Positions 9,752 through 19,027 of a stretch of 64,000 bases of DNA are shown one piece after another (the stretch's first letter is position 1; each line of letters begins with the position of its first letter). The DNA is taken from assembly GCA_963819655.1 (NCBI GenBank), contig CAWFXA010000002.1, positions 1,312,001-1,376,000 of the forward strand, read 5' to 3'. The stretch comes from an uncultured Chloroflexia bacterium. Its GTDB lineage: Bacteria > Chloroflexota > Limnocylindria > Limnocylindrales > CSP1-4. A model generated the notes under the pieces. It searched no databases and had not been told where the DNA came from. It was given only the letters and a program-made list of their open reading frames with translations. A program made the position numbers and the translations under genes.

Positions 9752-11269
9752 AAAAGGCAATCTATGGTCACGGCGGCGGCACTCGTCGACATGATCAGGC
9801 CCTGGGCGGACGGCGCGGATCCTCTCAATGAGCAGCTCGCCGACGCGCTGGCTCGCGCGATCGAGATCGGGATGCTGCCTGCGGGGACCAGGCTGCCGGC
9901 AGAGCGGGAGCTCGCTCGCGAGCTTGCGCTCAGTCGGACGACGATCGTGGCCGCCTACGATCGTCTGCGCCTGGCCGGTCTCGCACGGAGCCGGCAGGGC
10001 AGCGGGACCCGCGTCGCGACTCGCCGTCCGGGGCTGTTCGCCTTCACCCCGACCCGCGCGGAGGATACGGATACCGAGGCGCCGTTCCGGATCGCGCGCT
10101 CGTCGGCGAGGGACGGAGGTTCCCCGGACTGGCTCGTCCAGCACGATGCAAACGCGATCCAGTTCACGATCGGCGCGCTCCCGGCCGGTCCGGCTGTCGC
10201 GAGCTGCGTCGAGACCGCGATGCGTGACGACGTGCCGGCACTCCTCAACGAGATGGGCTACGACCCGTTCGGGTGGGCCCGGCTCCGCGCGGGGATCGCC
10301 GCCTACCTCGACCGGCTCGGCGTCCCGACCGACCCCGACCAGATCCTGGTCACGAACGGGGCGCAGCAGGCGGTCCACCTCATCGGCTCGCAGATCGGCG
10401 GTCCGGGTAGCGCGGTCGTCCTCGAGAACCCGACGTATATCGGCGCTATCGACGCGTTCCGGACGACCGGCAACCGCCTGTTGCCGATGCCGGTCGACCC
10501 CGACGGCCCTCGCGTCGACATGGCCGGACTCCTCGCGGCCAGCGCGCCCGTCCAGCTCGCCTACGTCGTGCCGACCTTCCACAACCCGACCGGCGCCACG
10601 ATGCCCGAGGCACGTCGCCGTGAGCTTGCTCGCGCGGCCGGCGAGTTCGGGTTCCAGGTGGTCGAGGACCTGACGCCCGACTGGACCCTCGGGGTGGATG
10701 CGCCGCCGCCGATCGCGGCGTTCGACCCCGGCGACCGTGTCATCACGATCGGATCGCTCAGCAAGCTGGCGTGGGGCGGCCTGCGCATCGGCTGGATCCG
10801 CGCCCCACGCGCCGACATCGACCGGCTCGTCGCCGGCAAGATCGTCGCGGATCATGCGACGAGCCTGATCACCCAAGCCATCGCGGCCCGGGTCCTCGAC
10901 CGGATCGACGAGGTGGTGGCCGGAACGGTCGCCGCTGCGGCCGAACGCCGCGCGATCGTGACCCGGGCCCTTGCCGAGCGGCTCCCCGAGTGGACCTGGA
11001 CGATGCCGGAGGGCGGCCTGTCGCTGTGGATCCGGCTGCCCGATGCCGACGCCGTGCAGTTCAGCCGGCTCGCCGCCAGACATGGCGTCATCGTCCGGCC
11101 TGGACCCCTGGCGTCCCCGGATGGCGGCTTCCGAGACCACATCCGGATCGCATACGGCGCGGATCCGGAACGGCTCGTCGAGGGCGTCGAACGGCTGGCC
11201 GCCGCGTGGGCCGAATACTCGCCTGCGACGCGACGGCTCGGCCGGCAGTCGGTGGCCATCAGCGTCTGA
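9710..11269 (+). CDS. MocR/GabR-family regulator (GntR wHTH + PLP aminotransferase domain)
   Basis: LPAERELARELALSRTTIVAAY..GSGT; HNPTG, GSLSK, GLRIGW. Confidence 0.93.
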   Translation: MTDQSNSQFSPSGLKRQSMVTAAALVDMIRPWADGADPLNEQLADALARAIEIGMLPAGTRLPAERELARELALSRTTIVAAYDRLRLAGLARSRQGSGTRVATRRPGLFAFTPTRAEDTDTEAPFRIARSSARDGGSPDWLVQHDANAIQFTIGALPAGPAVASCVETAMRDDVPALLNEMGYDPFGWARLRAGIAAYLDRLGVPTDPDQILVTNGAQQAVHLIGSQIGGPGSAVVLENPTYIGAIDAFRTTGNRLLPMPVDPDGPRVDMAGLLAASAPVQLAYVVPTFHNPTGATMPEARRRELARAAGEFGFQVVEDLTPDWTLGVDAPPPIAAFDPGDRVITIGSLSKLAWGGLRIGWIRAPRADIDRLVAGKIVADHATSLITQAIAARVLDRIDEVVAGTVAAAAERRAIVTRALAERLPEWTWTMPEGGLSLWIRLPDADAVQFSRLAARHGVIVRPGPLASPDGGFRDHIRIAYGADPERLVEGVERLAAAWAEYSPATRRLGRQSVAISV

Positions 11270-11330
11270 CGGCCGGCCTTAGAGGTCGTCGGCCCGATGG
11301 TCTGGGTCCGGCTAGACTGGGGACTCCCCC

Positions 11331-11939
11331 ATGTCCGAGCTGCCCGACGAGCCGCCGCCAGTGCGACGCCGCACGCCTCGAGGGCAGCGGCCGCGGTTCG
11401 TCATGCCGACCGAGCACCATGATGAGCGCGTCGGCGAGGTCATCGAGGCGTTCCTCGACGGACCTCGCCTCCGGGCGCGGATGGCTCCGCGGCCGCTACG
11501 TCGTCGCGATGCGCTGCGGGCGATACGCCAGCCGATCCCGCTCGACACGCGCCTGGATTGGGATGTCGCGCTCCGTCACGAGGACGCCCGGATACGGCGG
11601 TACGCACGGCCCGCATCGGTGCTGGTGATCCGCATCGACGCCCCAAGGCCGGAGATGGCGGAATACATGGCCGGGCGCATCGGCGATGTCGTCCGCGAGC
11701 ACGCGCGCGAGACCGACCGCGTGACCCGGGCCGCGACCGACCGCTACCACGTGCTGCTGCCCGAGACCGACGAGGTCCAGGCGGACGTCATGGCCGACCG
11801 CATCCGCGATGCCTGCAAGGATCGGATGCCGGGCCTGAACGGAAGCGAGCCGGAGGTGTACGTCGCACCGGCGAGCCCGGCCGAGGGCGAGACCCTGCAT
11901 GACGCTCTCCGCGCGGCACAAGTCGCCGTCGGCGCCTGA
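11331..11939 (+). CDS. Degenerate GGDEF-like domain protein
   Basis: E.ARIRRY.RP.SVLVI..D and RETDRVTR...DRYHVLLPET fold pattern; GG(D/E)EF absent. Confidence 0.65.
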   Translation: MSELPDEPPPVRRRTPRGQRPRFVMPTEHHDERVGEVIEAFLDGPRLRARMAPRPLRRRDALRAIRQPIPLDTRLDWDVALRHEDARIRRYARPASVLVIRIDAPRPEMAEYMAGRIGDVVREHARETDRVTRAATDRYHVLLPETDEVQADVMADRIRDACKDRMPGLNGSEPEVYVAPASPAEGETLHDALRAAQVAVGA

Positions 11940-11944
11940 CGGGT

Positions 11945-12334
11945 TCAGCGGACCAGGTCGTCGACCAGGCGTTCGAGCTCGGCTGCGGGATCGTCGGTCA
12001 GGCCGGTGTGGACCGGCGACGGCTGGATGATCGTGCTGGCGGGGGACACGAGCCAGTGGAACCGCTCAGCGATCGACAGGCGCGCGATCGGCCCGCCGGC
12101 TGGGTCTCCCCGCGCGATCCGCTCGATCGCCTCGAGGTGCGGACGGATGGCGGCGGGATCGGCATCGGGCGCGATCGCCTTGAGGCGTGCGTCATCGAGC
12201 GCTGTCCGTGCCCCGATGAACGCCAGCGACCGACAGAGCAGCACGACGCCGGCGTTGATGCACTCGCCACGCTCGACGTGGGGCACAACGCGCACGATCG
12301 CGTACTGGTAGGGGTTACGCGGCTCGTCGGGCAC
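11945..12334 (-). CDS. DUF3037-family protein
   Basis: YQYAIVRVVP.VERGE.IN.GV, ERFHWL..P.STIIQ.SPVHTG. Confidence 0.88.
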   Translation of the reverse strand: MPDEPRNPYQYAIVRVVPHVERGECINAGVVLLCRSLAFIGARTALDDARLKAIAPDADPAAIRPHLEAIERIARGDPAGGPIARLSIAERFHWLVSPASTIIQPSPVHTGLTDDPAAELERLVDDLVR

Positions 12335-13100
12335 GATCCGCCTCCTCGACGAACCGGGTGCGCGCCGCGAGCCGGCGCTCGAGGTAGTCGACGTACGCCG
12401 CACGCTGGGCATCCGCCCCGCCGATCACGCGATCGTCGGGCAGCCACGGATCTGGGATCGCGGCCGCGAGGCCGGTGAACAGCTCGGATCCAAGGCGCGG
12501 CGCAAGGCGCGCGTCCGCGGCCTCGAGCGGCTCCGCGAACGGCAGCAGCACATGATCGCGCACCCGCTCGAACGGCTGCTCCGCGTGGACCTCGGGATTC
12601 CGCCAGGTGTGGTGGATGTAGAGGGCTGCGCCGTGGTCGATCAGCCAGGTGCGCCCGTGCCAGTCGATGAGGTTGGGGTTCGCGACGGTCCTGTCCGGGT
12701 TCGTGACGAACGCGTCCAGCCAGACGACATCGGCCGCCATGGCCGGATCGGGGACGGGGGAGGCGGCCGGGTTGAACGCCAGCGCGCCGGGGAGGAAGTC
12801 GAGGCCGAGGTTGACGCCACCGCTCCGGTGGACGAGGTCCTGGAGCTCCTCGTCGGGCTCGGCGTCGCCGAGCCCGGGATCGACATCGATGAAGACAAGG
12901 TCCGGCACCGGCAGACCCAGCGCGCGGGCGATCTCGCCGGCCAGCCATTCCGCCACCAGGGCGCGTGGCCCCTGGCCGGCGCCGTGGAACTTCACGACGT
13001 ACAGGCCATCGTCGTCGGCCTCGACGAGACCAGGCAGTGAGCCGCCCTCACGCAACGGCGTCACATAGCGGGTCGCGGTCACGTGGCGCGGTTCGGGCAT
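12315..13100 (-). CDS. HipA-like kinase
   Basis: LREGGSLP, YVVKF.GAGQG, NPDRT..NPN, LIDHG; overlaps the DUF3037 gene. Confidence 0.88.
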   Translation of the reverse strand: MPEPRHVTATRYVTPLREGGSLPGLVEADDDGLYVVKFHGAGQGPRALVAEWLAGEIARALGLPVPDLVFIDVDPGLGDAEPDEELQDLVHRSGGVNLGLDFLPGALAFNPAASPVPDPAMAADVVWLDAFVTNPDRTVANPNLIDWHGRTWLIDHGAALYIHHTWRNPEVHAEQPFERVRDHVLLPFAEPLEAADARLAPRLGSELFTGLAAAIPDPWLPDDRVIGGADAQRAAYVDYLERRLAARTRFVEEADRARRAA

Positions 13101-13216
13101 CGCGCCGGAGTCTACCGTCCCGGCCGTCGTGTGCAGGAGCGCATCGGTCTCGGCGGCTGAGGGCACGGCCGCGGGTACGCTCACTGGGACACGCCAAACC
13201 GACCACAGGAGACCAT

Positions 13217-14194
13217 GTGACCGACACGGAACGCCGCCTCGAGCCGGGTGAGGCGCTCGACCATGCCGAGGCTATCGACGCCGATCGAGCGCTGCTCGTC
13301 GAGCTCGAGCCGGAGGCCGGGCGCCTGTTCGATCGGCACGTCAAGGTCGCGCAGGAGTGGTTCCCGCACGAGTACATCCCGTATCGACTCGGTCGGGACT
13401 TCGACAAGGAGCCGTGGACGCCCGACCAGCCCCGGTTGACCGGTGTCGCGCAGACGGCCTTCGAGATCGGCCTCCTCACCGAGGACAACCTGCCCTCGTA
13501 TCACCGGCTGATCCATGGGATGTTCGGCAAGGGCGACGGGGCGTGGATCAATTGGGTCGGCCGCTGGACGGCTGAGGAAGGGCGCCACGCGATCGTGCTG
13601 CGCGATTACCTGACCGTCACGCGGAACATCGATCCTGTCTTGCTGGAGCGCGGGCGGATGACCCAGCTCCAGCAGGGCTACGAGCACGAAGCGCCGAGCA
13701 CGCTTCGTGGGCTGGCCTACGTGGCGTTCCAGGAGCTGGCGACCCGGATCGCGCATCGGAACACGGGGCGCTATTCGTCCGACCCGGTGGCCGACAGGAT
13801 CATGGTCCGGATCGCCGCCGACGAGAACCTCCACATGGTGTTCTACCGCGACATCCTCGGGGCGGCGCTGAAGGTCCAGCCATCCGCTGCGGTGCGCGCG
13901 ATCGTCGACGAGGTCCTCGCGTTCGAGATGCCTGGCGCCGGCATCCCGGGCTTCATCCGCAAGGCCGCGCAGATCGCGAAGGCCGGCATCTACGACCTGC
14001 GCGTCCACCACGACGAGGTGATCATGCCGATTCTGCGCCACTGGCGGATCTTCGAGCTCGAGGGGCTCGACGCCGCCGCGGAGGACGCCCGGCGCCGGCT
14101 CGCGGAGCACCTGGCGGCACTCGACGAGGCGGCGCGCCGGTTCGAGGAGAAGGTCGCGGGGTCGAACGTGCCGCGGATCGCGTCCACGGGATAG
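13217..14194 (+). CDS. Acyl-ACP desaturase (DesA-like di-iron)
   Basis: LTEDNLP.Y, WTAEEGRH, QELAT, DENLH; AGGAG RBS. Confidence 0.92.
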   Translation: MTDTERRLEPGEALDHAEAIDADRALLVELEPEAGRLFDRHVKVAQEWFPHEYIPYRLGRDFDKEPWTPDQPRLTGVAQTAFEIGLLTEDNLPSYHRLIHGMFGKGDGAWINWVGRWTAEEGRHAIVLRDYLTVTRNIDPVLLERGRMTQLQQGYEHEAPSTLRGLAYVAFQELATRIAHRNTGRYSSDPVADRIMVRIAADENLHMVFYRDILGAALKVQPSAAVRAIVDEVLAFEMPGAGIPGFIRKAAQIAKAGIYDLRVHHDEVIMPILRHWRIFELEGLDAAAEDARRRLAEHLAALDEAARRFEEKVAGSNVPRIASTG

Positions 14195-14349
14195 CCGGAG
14201 GCGCGGCGATCGTCGACCTCACTCCGCGTCCACTCCACCGCGTCGGTGGCATCCTCGCCCGGCGGCCCGATCCGCGTCCAGGCGACCTCGATCCGTGCCT
14301 CCGCGCCCGCGACCCTTACCGCCGCCCGCGACCGTGGCCGGCTCGCAGA

Positions 14350-14521
14350 TCCCTGACAAATGTCCATCAGGCGAGCACTCGTCACCGGATCTTGGTCATT
14401 TGGGTCTCGTGGTGGAACAGCTGACAACGACGAGCTCGAATCAGGAGATCCGCGTGCGGGGAACCAGCAGCGTCGGGCCAGGGCATCCGACCAATGACCG
14501 CCTCATGAGCATTTGGCACGA
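14350..14521. repeat. Family A palindromic repeat cluster
   Basis: Three units; CGAGCACTCGTCAC identical to 2335-2348, GAGCATTTGGCA identical to 2205-2216. Confidence 0.6.
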
Positions 14522-14560
14522 TCGCGGCACGACCGAGGCGGCGACCGCCCACCGACGACC

Positions 14561-15061
14561 CTAGAGCTGGACTGACCCGAGCGCGCCGATGACCGCGCCG
14601 AGCGCAGTAACCGCGAGCAGCACGATCCCGACGACGAGCAACATCAGCCCCACGAAGAATGCCTGCTCGCCGCGGGTCGACGCAGCCGGGTCTAGCGCGT
14701 GCCGCCGGAAGAGGTCGAGATTCCGCCTGTTCGAACGGAAGGCCACGTCGTAGAGGTCGCCGAGTAGCGGGATCGCGCCGATGCCGAGATCGACGAGCAG
14801 GTTCGCGATCATCCGACCGAGCACCACCTTCGGGATGCCGAACCGCGAGGCCTCGAGGATGACCCAGGAGCCGATCACTGCGCCATATACATCGCCGGCG
14901 ACCGGGATGAGGCCGATCAGCGGGTCGAGGCCGACCTTGATCGGCGTTCCGGGCACGGACACGAGCTCGTCGAGAACCCGCGTGACGCGCCCGATGCGCT
15001 GCTCGGTCGCGGCGAATTGTTCCGCACGTGACCGCCCGATCACCTCTCCTGTCACGGCCAT
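14561..15061 (-). CDS. DUF4112 membrane protein
   Basis: LD..V.VPGT.IKVGLDPLIGLIPVAGD, IPLLGDLYDVAFRSN.RN. Confidence 0.88.
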   Translation of the reverse strand: MAVTGEVIGRSRAEQFAATEQRIGRVTRVLDELVSVPGTPIKVGLDPLIGLIPVAGDVYGAVIGSWVILEASRFGIPKVVLGRMIANLLVDLGIGAIPLLGDLYDVAFRSNRRNLDLFRRHALDPAASTRGEQAFFVGLMLLVVGIVLLAVTALGAVIGALGSVQL

Positions 15062-15143
15062 GGCACGAGTATGGACGGATGTCCATACCGCTTCGTGACA
15101 GACGTCACGTGCCGCCTTGCATCCGCGTGCGTACCTTCATGCC

Positions 15144-15260
15144 AAGCTCGAAACGGACCGCCGGACATGAAGACCCTCGACCGGCGGCGCGTCGATCCTC
15201 CGGCGGGATGCCGGGCGACGGCGGAGCCGGCAATCCTGACCGACGGTGGTCCGCTACAAC
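15144..15260 (+). ncRNA. Putative structured ncRNA with 6S-like rod and central bubble
   Basis: 10-bp stem 15154-63/15244-53 with a G-U pair on + strand, 17/13-nt bubble, three further 5-bp helices; TACCTT -10 upstream. Confidence 0.35.
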
Positions 15261-15366
15261 CGAATCGCCGCAGGCCGCAAACGCCTTGGGACGTTGGGCG
15301 GCCAAACCGTTTAGCCCATTGGTATTCATGACGAGTTCCGGCATGTACAGCGGCCAAACTGATCAC

Positions 15367-15543
15367 ATGATGAACATCGAACTCGCCCGCATCCTCCAGG
15401 CCGAACGAGAGCGCGAGATCGAGATGGAGCTCCGCAACCGCCGCCTCCTCCGGTCCGCCGAAACGACCAAGTCCATCCCCGAAACGTCGCGGTCGATGCG
15501 CCGGCATCAGCGTGCGACGTCGACCGGCGCGACCTCGCGGTAA
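15367..15543 (+). CDS. 58-aa small helical protein
   Basis: MMNIELARILQAEREREIEMELRNRRLLR; GC3-biased; CAAACT-6nt-ATG; overlaps 3' end of the WYL gene. Confidence 0.6.
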   Translation: MMNIELARILQAEREREIEMELRNRRLLRSAETTKSIPETSRSMRRHQRATSTGATSR

Positions 15544-16496
15544 CGGTCTGCGATCCGCGTCGCCAGCATGACGACCTTCTCGCGCACCTCGGGTGGTCCG
15601 ATGACCTCCAGGTTGGGGCCGACGGCGAGCAGCATGCCGGGCGCCTCGTTCGGATAGCTGAGCCGCAACCGCAAGCGCAACGTGCCCGGATGATCGTCCT
15701 CATCCACCCGCTCGGCCGCGGCGACCGTGCCGCGGCCGAAGACATGGTTGATGCGCCACTGCTGATCCTCGCGGACACGGACGTCGACGAGCACGGTTGG
15801 CGTCCCACGTTCGTACGCTGCACTCGACTCCGCCCAGTAGGTCGCCAGGTCGAAATCCTCGGGTCGATGGACCGGGTCGTCCAGGACCGTCGCCGTGACC
15901 ACGCGGGACGCCCGGTAGGTTCGGATCTGGCCGTCGGCGAGCGCGATCACGTACCAGATCCCACCTTTGAGGACGAGCCCGAGCGGCCCGAGCACGCGTT
16001 GGACCACGTCCTCGCCACGGTCGTATCCGACGGCCACCGCGCGCCCGTCCCACACGCCGGTCGATAGCGTCTCCAGGTGCGGAACCGGCTCATTCGCCTG
16101 GAACCAGCCGGCCGCGTCGAGATGGAAGCGCTGGACGAGGCGCGAAGCGCGTGACCGAAGTTCGGGCGGCAGTGCGGCCATCACCTTGAGCTGCGCGGCG
16201 GCGACGACCGTGCCGAGACCGAGTTGCGCCGCGGGACCCGACAGCCCCGACAGGAAGAGCGCCTCGGCCTCTTCCGCGGTCATGCCGGTCAGACGCGTCC
16301 GGTAACCGTCGACGAGGCGGATCCCGCCGAGTGGCCCGCGCTCCGCAAAGATCGGGACCCCGGCGGCACTGAGCTCTTCGACGTCGCGATGGATGGTCCG
16401 CACGGAGACTTCGAGCTCTCGCGCGAGCTCGGCGGCCGTCAGGCCGCCACGACTCTGGAGCAGGAGCAGGAGGTTGACCAGGCGGCTGGCTCGCAT
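15507..16496 (-). CDS. YafY-type HTH-WYL transcriptional regulator
   Basis: LTAAELARELEVSVRTIHRD HTH; PLGLVLK.GIWY..A...IRTYR.SR WYL domain. Confidence 0.93.
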   Translation of the reverse strand: MRASRLVNLLLLLQSRGGLTAAELARELEVSVRTIHRDVEELSAAGVPIFAERGPLGGIRLVDGYRTRLTGMTAEEAEALFLSGLSGPAAQLGLGTVVAAAQLKVMAALPPELRSRASRLVQRFHLDAAGWFQANEPVPHLETLSTGVWDGRAVAVGYDRGEDVVQRVLGPLGLVLKGGIWYVIALADGQIRTYRASRVVTATVLDDPVHRPEDFDLATYWAESSAAYERGTPTVLVDVRVREDQQWRINHVFGRGTVAAAERVDEDDHPGTLRLRLRLSYPNEAPGMLLAVGPNLEVIGPPEVREKVVMLATRIADRYREVAPVDVAR

Positions 16497-16518
16497 CTGG
16501 GCAGCATACGCCCGAACC

Positions 16519-16533
16519 CGACAGGTTCTGTCA
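16519..16533. promoter_or_regulatory. Probable WYL-regulator operator
   Basis: CGACA-N5-TGTCA imperfect inverted repeat just upstream of the leaderless WYL gene. Confidence 0.5.
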
Positions 16534-16614
16534 TGTACCTCCGTACCATCGCGTCGGTCTAGCGGTCTGTGCGACGATGCCGCCGCCCAAGGTCAGACAT
16601 CGAGGGGGATCATC

Positions 16615-19023
16615 GTGCTGCTCTGCCCTCGTCGACCTGTCCTGCTCGTCATTGCCGGTCTGGCGATCGTCGCATACGCACTGCCCGTCGCCGCGCCGGA
16701 GGTCCGCGCGGTCGGCAGTCGGTTGCTCGCGTTCGCGGATCAGAACACGTACGGGGAGCTGGGCGACGGCACGACCGATCCACACTCATCGCCGATCGAG
16801 CTGAGCGGCATGAGCGGCATCGTCGCCGTCTCGGCTGGGGTCGAGCACAGCCTCGCGCTTCGCTCGGACGGCCGAGTCTTGGCGTGGGGCCGGAACCAAT
16901 TCGGTCAACTCGGTGATGGGACGACGACGATCCGGCGCCAGCCGAAACTCGTCCCCGGACTCAGCCACGTCGTCGAGATCAGGGCCGGCGGGTACTACAG
17001 TCTCGCTCGCCGGATCGACGGCAGCGTCTGGCAATGGGGCCAGCGAGGCACGGAGAATCCGGCCACGTGGTTGCCGAATCTCCTGACGCCAACCCTTGTC
17101 GAGGGCGTGGATGCCGTGGCACTAGGCCACGGTGTCGGCCATCGCGAGGTCGTGACGACCGACGGCGCGGCGATGGCGTGGGGATACAACGGCCACGGCC
17201 AGCTGTCCGACGGGACCACGGTCGATCGTTGGCCGCCAGCGCCCATGGAGCTGTCCGCTGGTGCGGCGCAGGTCGGGGGCGGATACGGACATTCCGTCAT
17301 CCGTCTAACCGGCGGCACGGTCAAGACGACCGGCATGAACGACCATGGCCAGCTCGGCGACGGGACCACGACGCCGCGCCTGACGTTCGCACCGGTCCCG
17401 GGTCTCACGGTGCAGCAGATCGCCGTTGGAGACATGCACGCGCTGGGTCTCCTCGCTGATGGGACGGTCGTATCCTGGGGGCACGGAGGCGCCGGGCAGC
17501 TCGGCTATCTCACTGCCGCGGAGGTCGCCGACCGGCTCTCGCCGGGACCCGTCCCGGATCTGACCGGCGTGACGGCGATCCGTGCCGGCAACTTCTCCAG
17601 CGCAGCGATCACCGCCGATGGCGTCTGGACTTGGGGTTGGTCCACCGGCGTCGAGGGCCAGGAGATCTGGGGTACACCGCTCCTGGTCGCCGGCACCGGG
17701 GGCGCGACGGACGTCGCGCTCGGCGGGCATCACGGGCTCTTCCTGATCGATGGCGTGCCGCTGGACCTTCCGGATCCTGTCGGGACGACCATGAGCGTCG
17801 CAAGCGATCCTGACCCCGCCTACGTCGGCGAGCCCGTGACGTTTACCGCCACGCTCGATCCTGCGCCGGACATGGGAATCGTCGAGATGGGCGTCGATGC
17901 CACCGGCACGACCCAGACCGCGCCGATCGATCCTGAGACCGGTGTCGTGCAGTTCACCGACACGTTCGCCTCCGCATCGGCCTCTCACCAGCGGTTCTTC
18001 CGGTTCGACGGTGTCCCGGGTTTCGAGGCGTCGCAAGCATCGATCACCCTGGCCGTCGAGCGTCGCCCCACGACGATCACCCTGACCGACCCGAGCGCGC
18101 GCACGATCGGGCGTACCCAGGGCCTGTCACTCGAAGCGATCGTCACGCCCGCGACCGCCGGCAACGCCCGGGCATTCGATGTGACCGACCCGTCGTCACC
18201 AGTCGCCCTCGGAGCGGATGTCGTGCTCGATCCGAGTGATGGCTCCGCGACCCTCCTCATCGAACCGCTGACGGTCGGTGACCACGAGCTCGAGATCCGC
18301 TACTTGGGCAGCGCGTCCCATCTGCCGTCCGTCTCGGCGGTCCTCGTGGTCACGGTCGTCGAGGGGCCTGTCGTCGGAGCTCCGGTCGCGCGGATCGTCG
18401 CTGGGACGCGAGCCGGGCTCGGAACGGTGCCTGTGAGCGTGACCTGGGATCCGATGGGCCTCACGGCAAACCATTACGAACTCGAGCATCGGGTCGATGG
18501 CGGATCGTGGTCATCGGTCTCGACCACGCTCACGAGCCCCTCGATCTCCCGAACGCTCGCCGTCTCACACACCTACGAGTACCGGGTCCGGGCGATCGAC
18601 ACCAGCGCGCACGTCGGGCCGTGGATCAATGCGGTGGCATTTCGGGCCTCGCTGACCGAGAACACGTCGGGCGCGCTCTGGTATCGGGGCACATGGACAT
18701 CGACGTCTCGATCGACCGCGTTCTCGGGTGGCTCGGCGCGGACCACGACCTCGCGCGATGGCCGGGTGACGCTCACCTTCACGGGCTCCGGCGTCAGCTG
18801 GCTGGCGGCCCTTGGCCCGACCCGCGGTCGGGTCACCATCTATCTCGATGGCGTCCTCATCAAGACGCAGGACCTGCGGGCGGCGGTCAACGACACGCGA
18901 CGCCTGGTCTTCGTCAAACGCTGGGCGACAGCGGGCCGGCACACGATCACGATCTCGAATCACGCGACTTCCGGGCGCCCGCGCTTCGATCTCGACGCGT
19001 TCCTGATCTGGACTGGCCCCTGA
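16615..19023 (+). CDS. Secreted RCC1-repeat protein with Ig-like/Fn3 and C-terminal beta-sandwich domains
   Basis: Repeated WG.N..GQLGDGTT and HS.AL motifs; signal peptide; C-terminal GRPRFDLDAF. Confidence 0.85.
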   Translation: MLLCPRRPVLLVIAGLAIVAYALPVAAPEVRAVGSRLLAFADQNTYGELGDGTTDPHSSPIELSGMSGIVAVSAGVEHSLALRSDGRVLAWGRNQFGQLGDGTTTIRRQPKLVPGLSHVVEIRAGGYYSLARRIDGSVWQWGQRGTENPATWLPNLLTPTLVEGVDAVALGHGVGHREVVTTDGAAMAWGYNGHGQLSDGTTVDRWPPAPMELSAGAAQVGGGYGHSVIRLTGGTVKTTGMNDHGQLGDGTTTPRLTFAPVPGLTVQQIAVGDMHALGLLADGTVVSWGHGGAGQLGYLTAAEVADRLSPGPVPDLTGVTAIRAGNFSSAAITADGVWTWGWSTGVEGQEIWGTPLLVAGTGGATDVALGGHHGLFLIDGVPLDLPDPVGTTMSVASDPDPAYVGEPVTFTATLDPAPDMGIVEMGVDATGTTQTAPIDPETGVVQFTDTFASASASHQRFFRFDGVPGFEASQASITLAVERRPTTITLTDPSARTIGRTQGLSLEAIVTPATAGNARAFDVTDPSSPVALGADVVLDPSDGSATLLIEPLTVGDHELEIRYLGSASHLPSVSAVLVVTVVEGPVVGAPVARIVAGTRAGLGTVPVSVTWDPMGLTANHYELEHRVDGGSWSSVSTTLTSPSISRTLAVSHTYEYRVRAIDTSAHVGPWINAVAFRASLTENTSGALWYRGTWTSTSRSTAFSGGSARTTTSRDGRVTLTFTGSGVSWLAALGPTRGRVTIYLDGVLIKTQDLRAAVNDTRRLVFVKRWATAGRHTITISNHATSGRPRFDLDAFLIWTGP

Positions 19024-19027
19024 CGAC

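Noticed and set aside
15507-19023. WYL-associated defence island
   Set aside because: This is a YafY-type regulator with no recognisable defence genes adjacent
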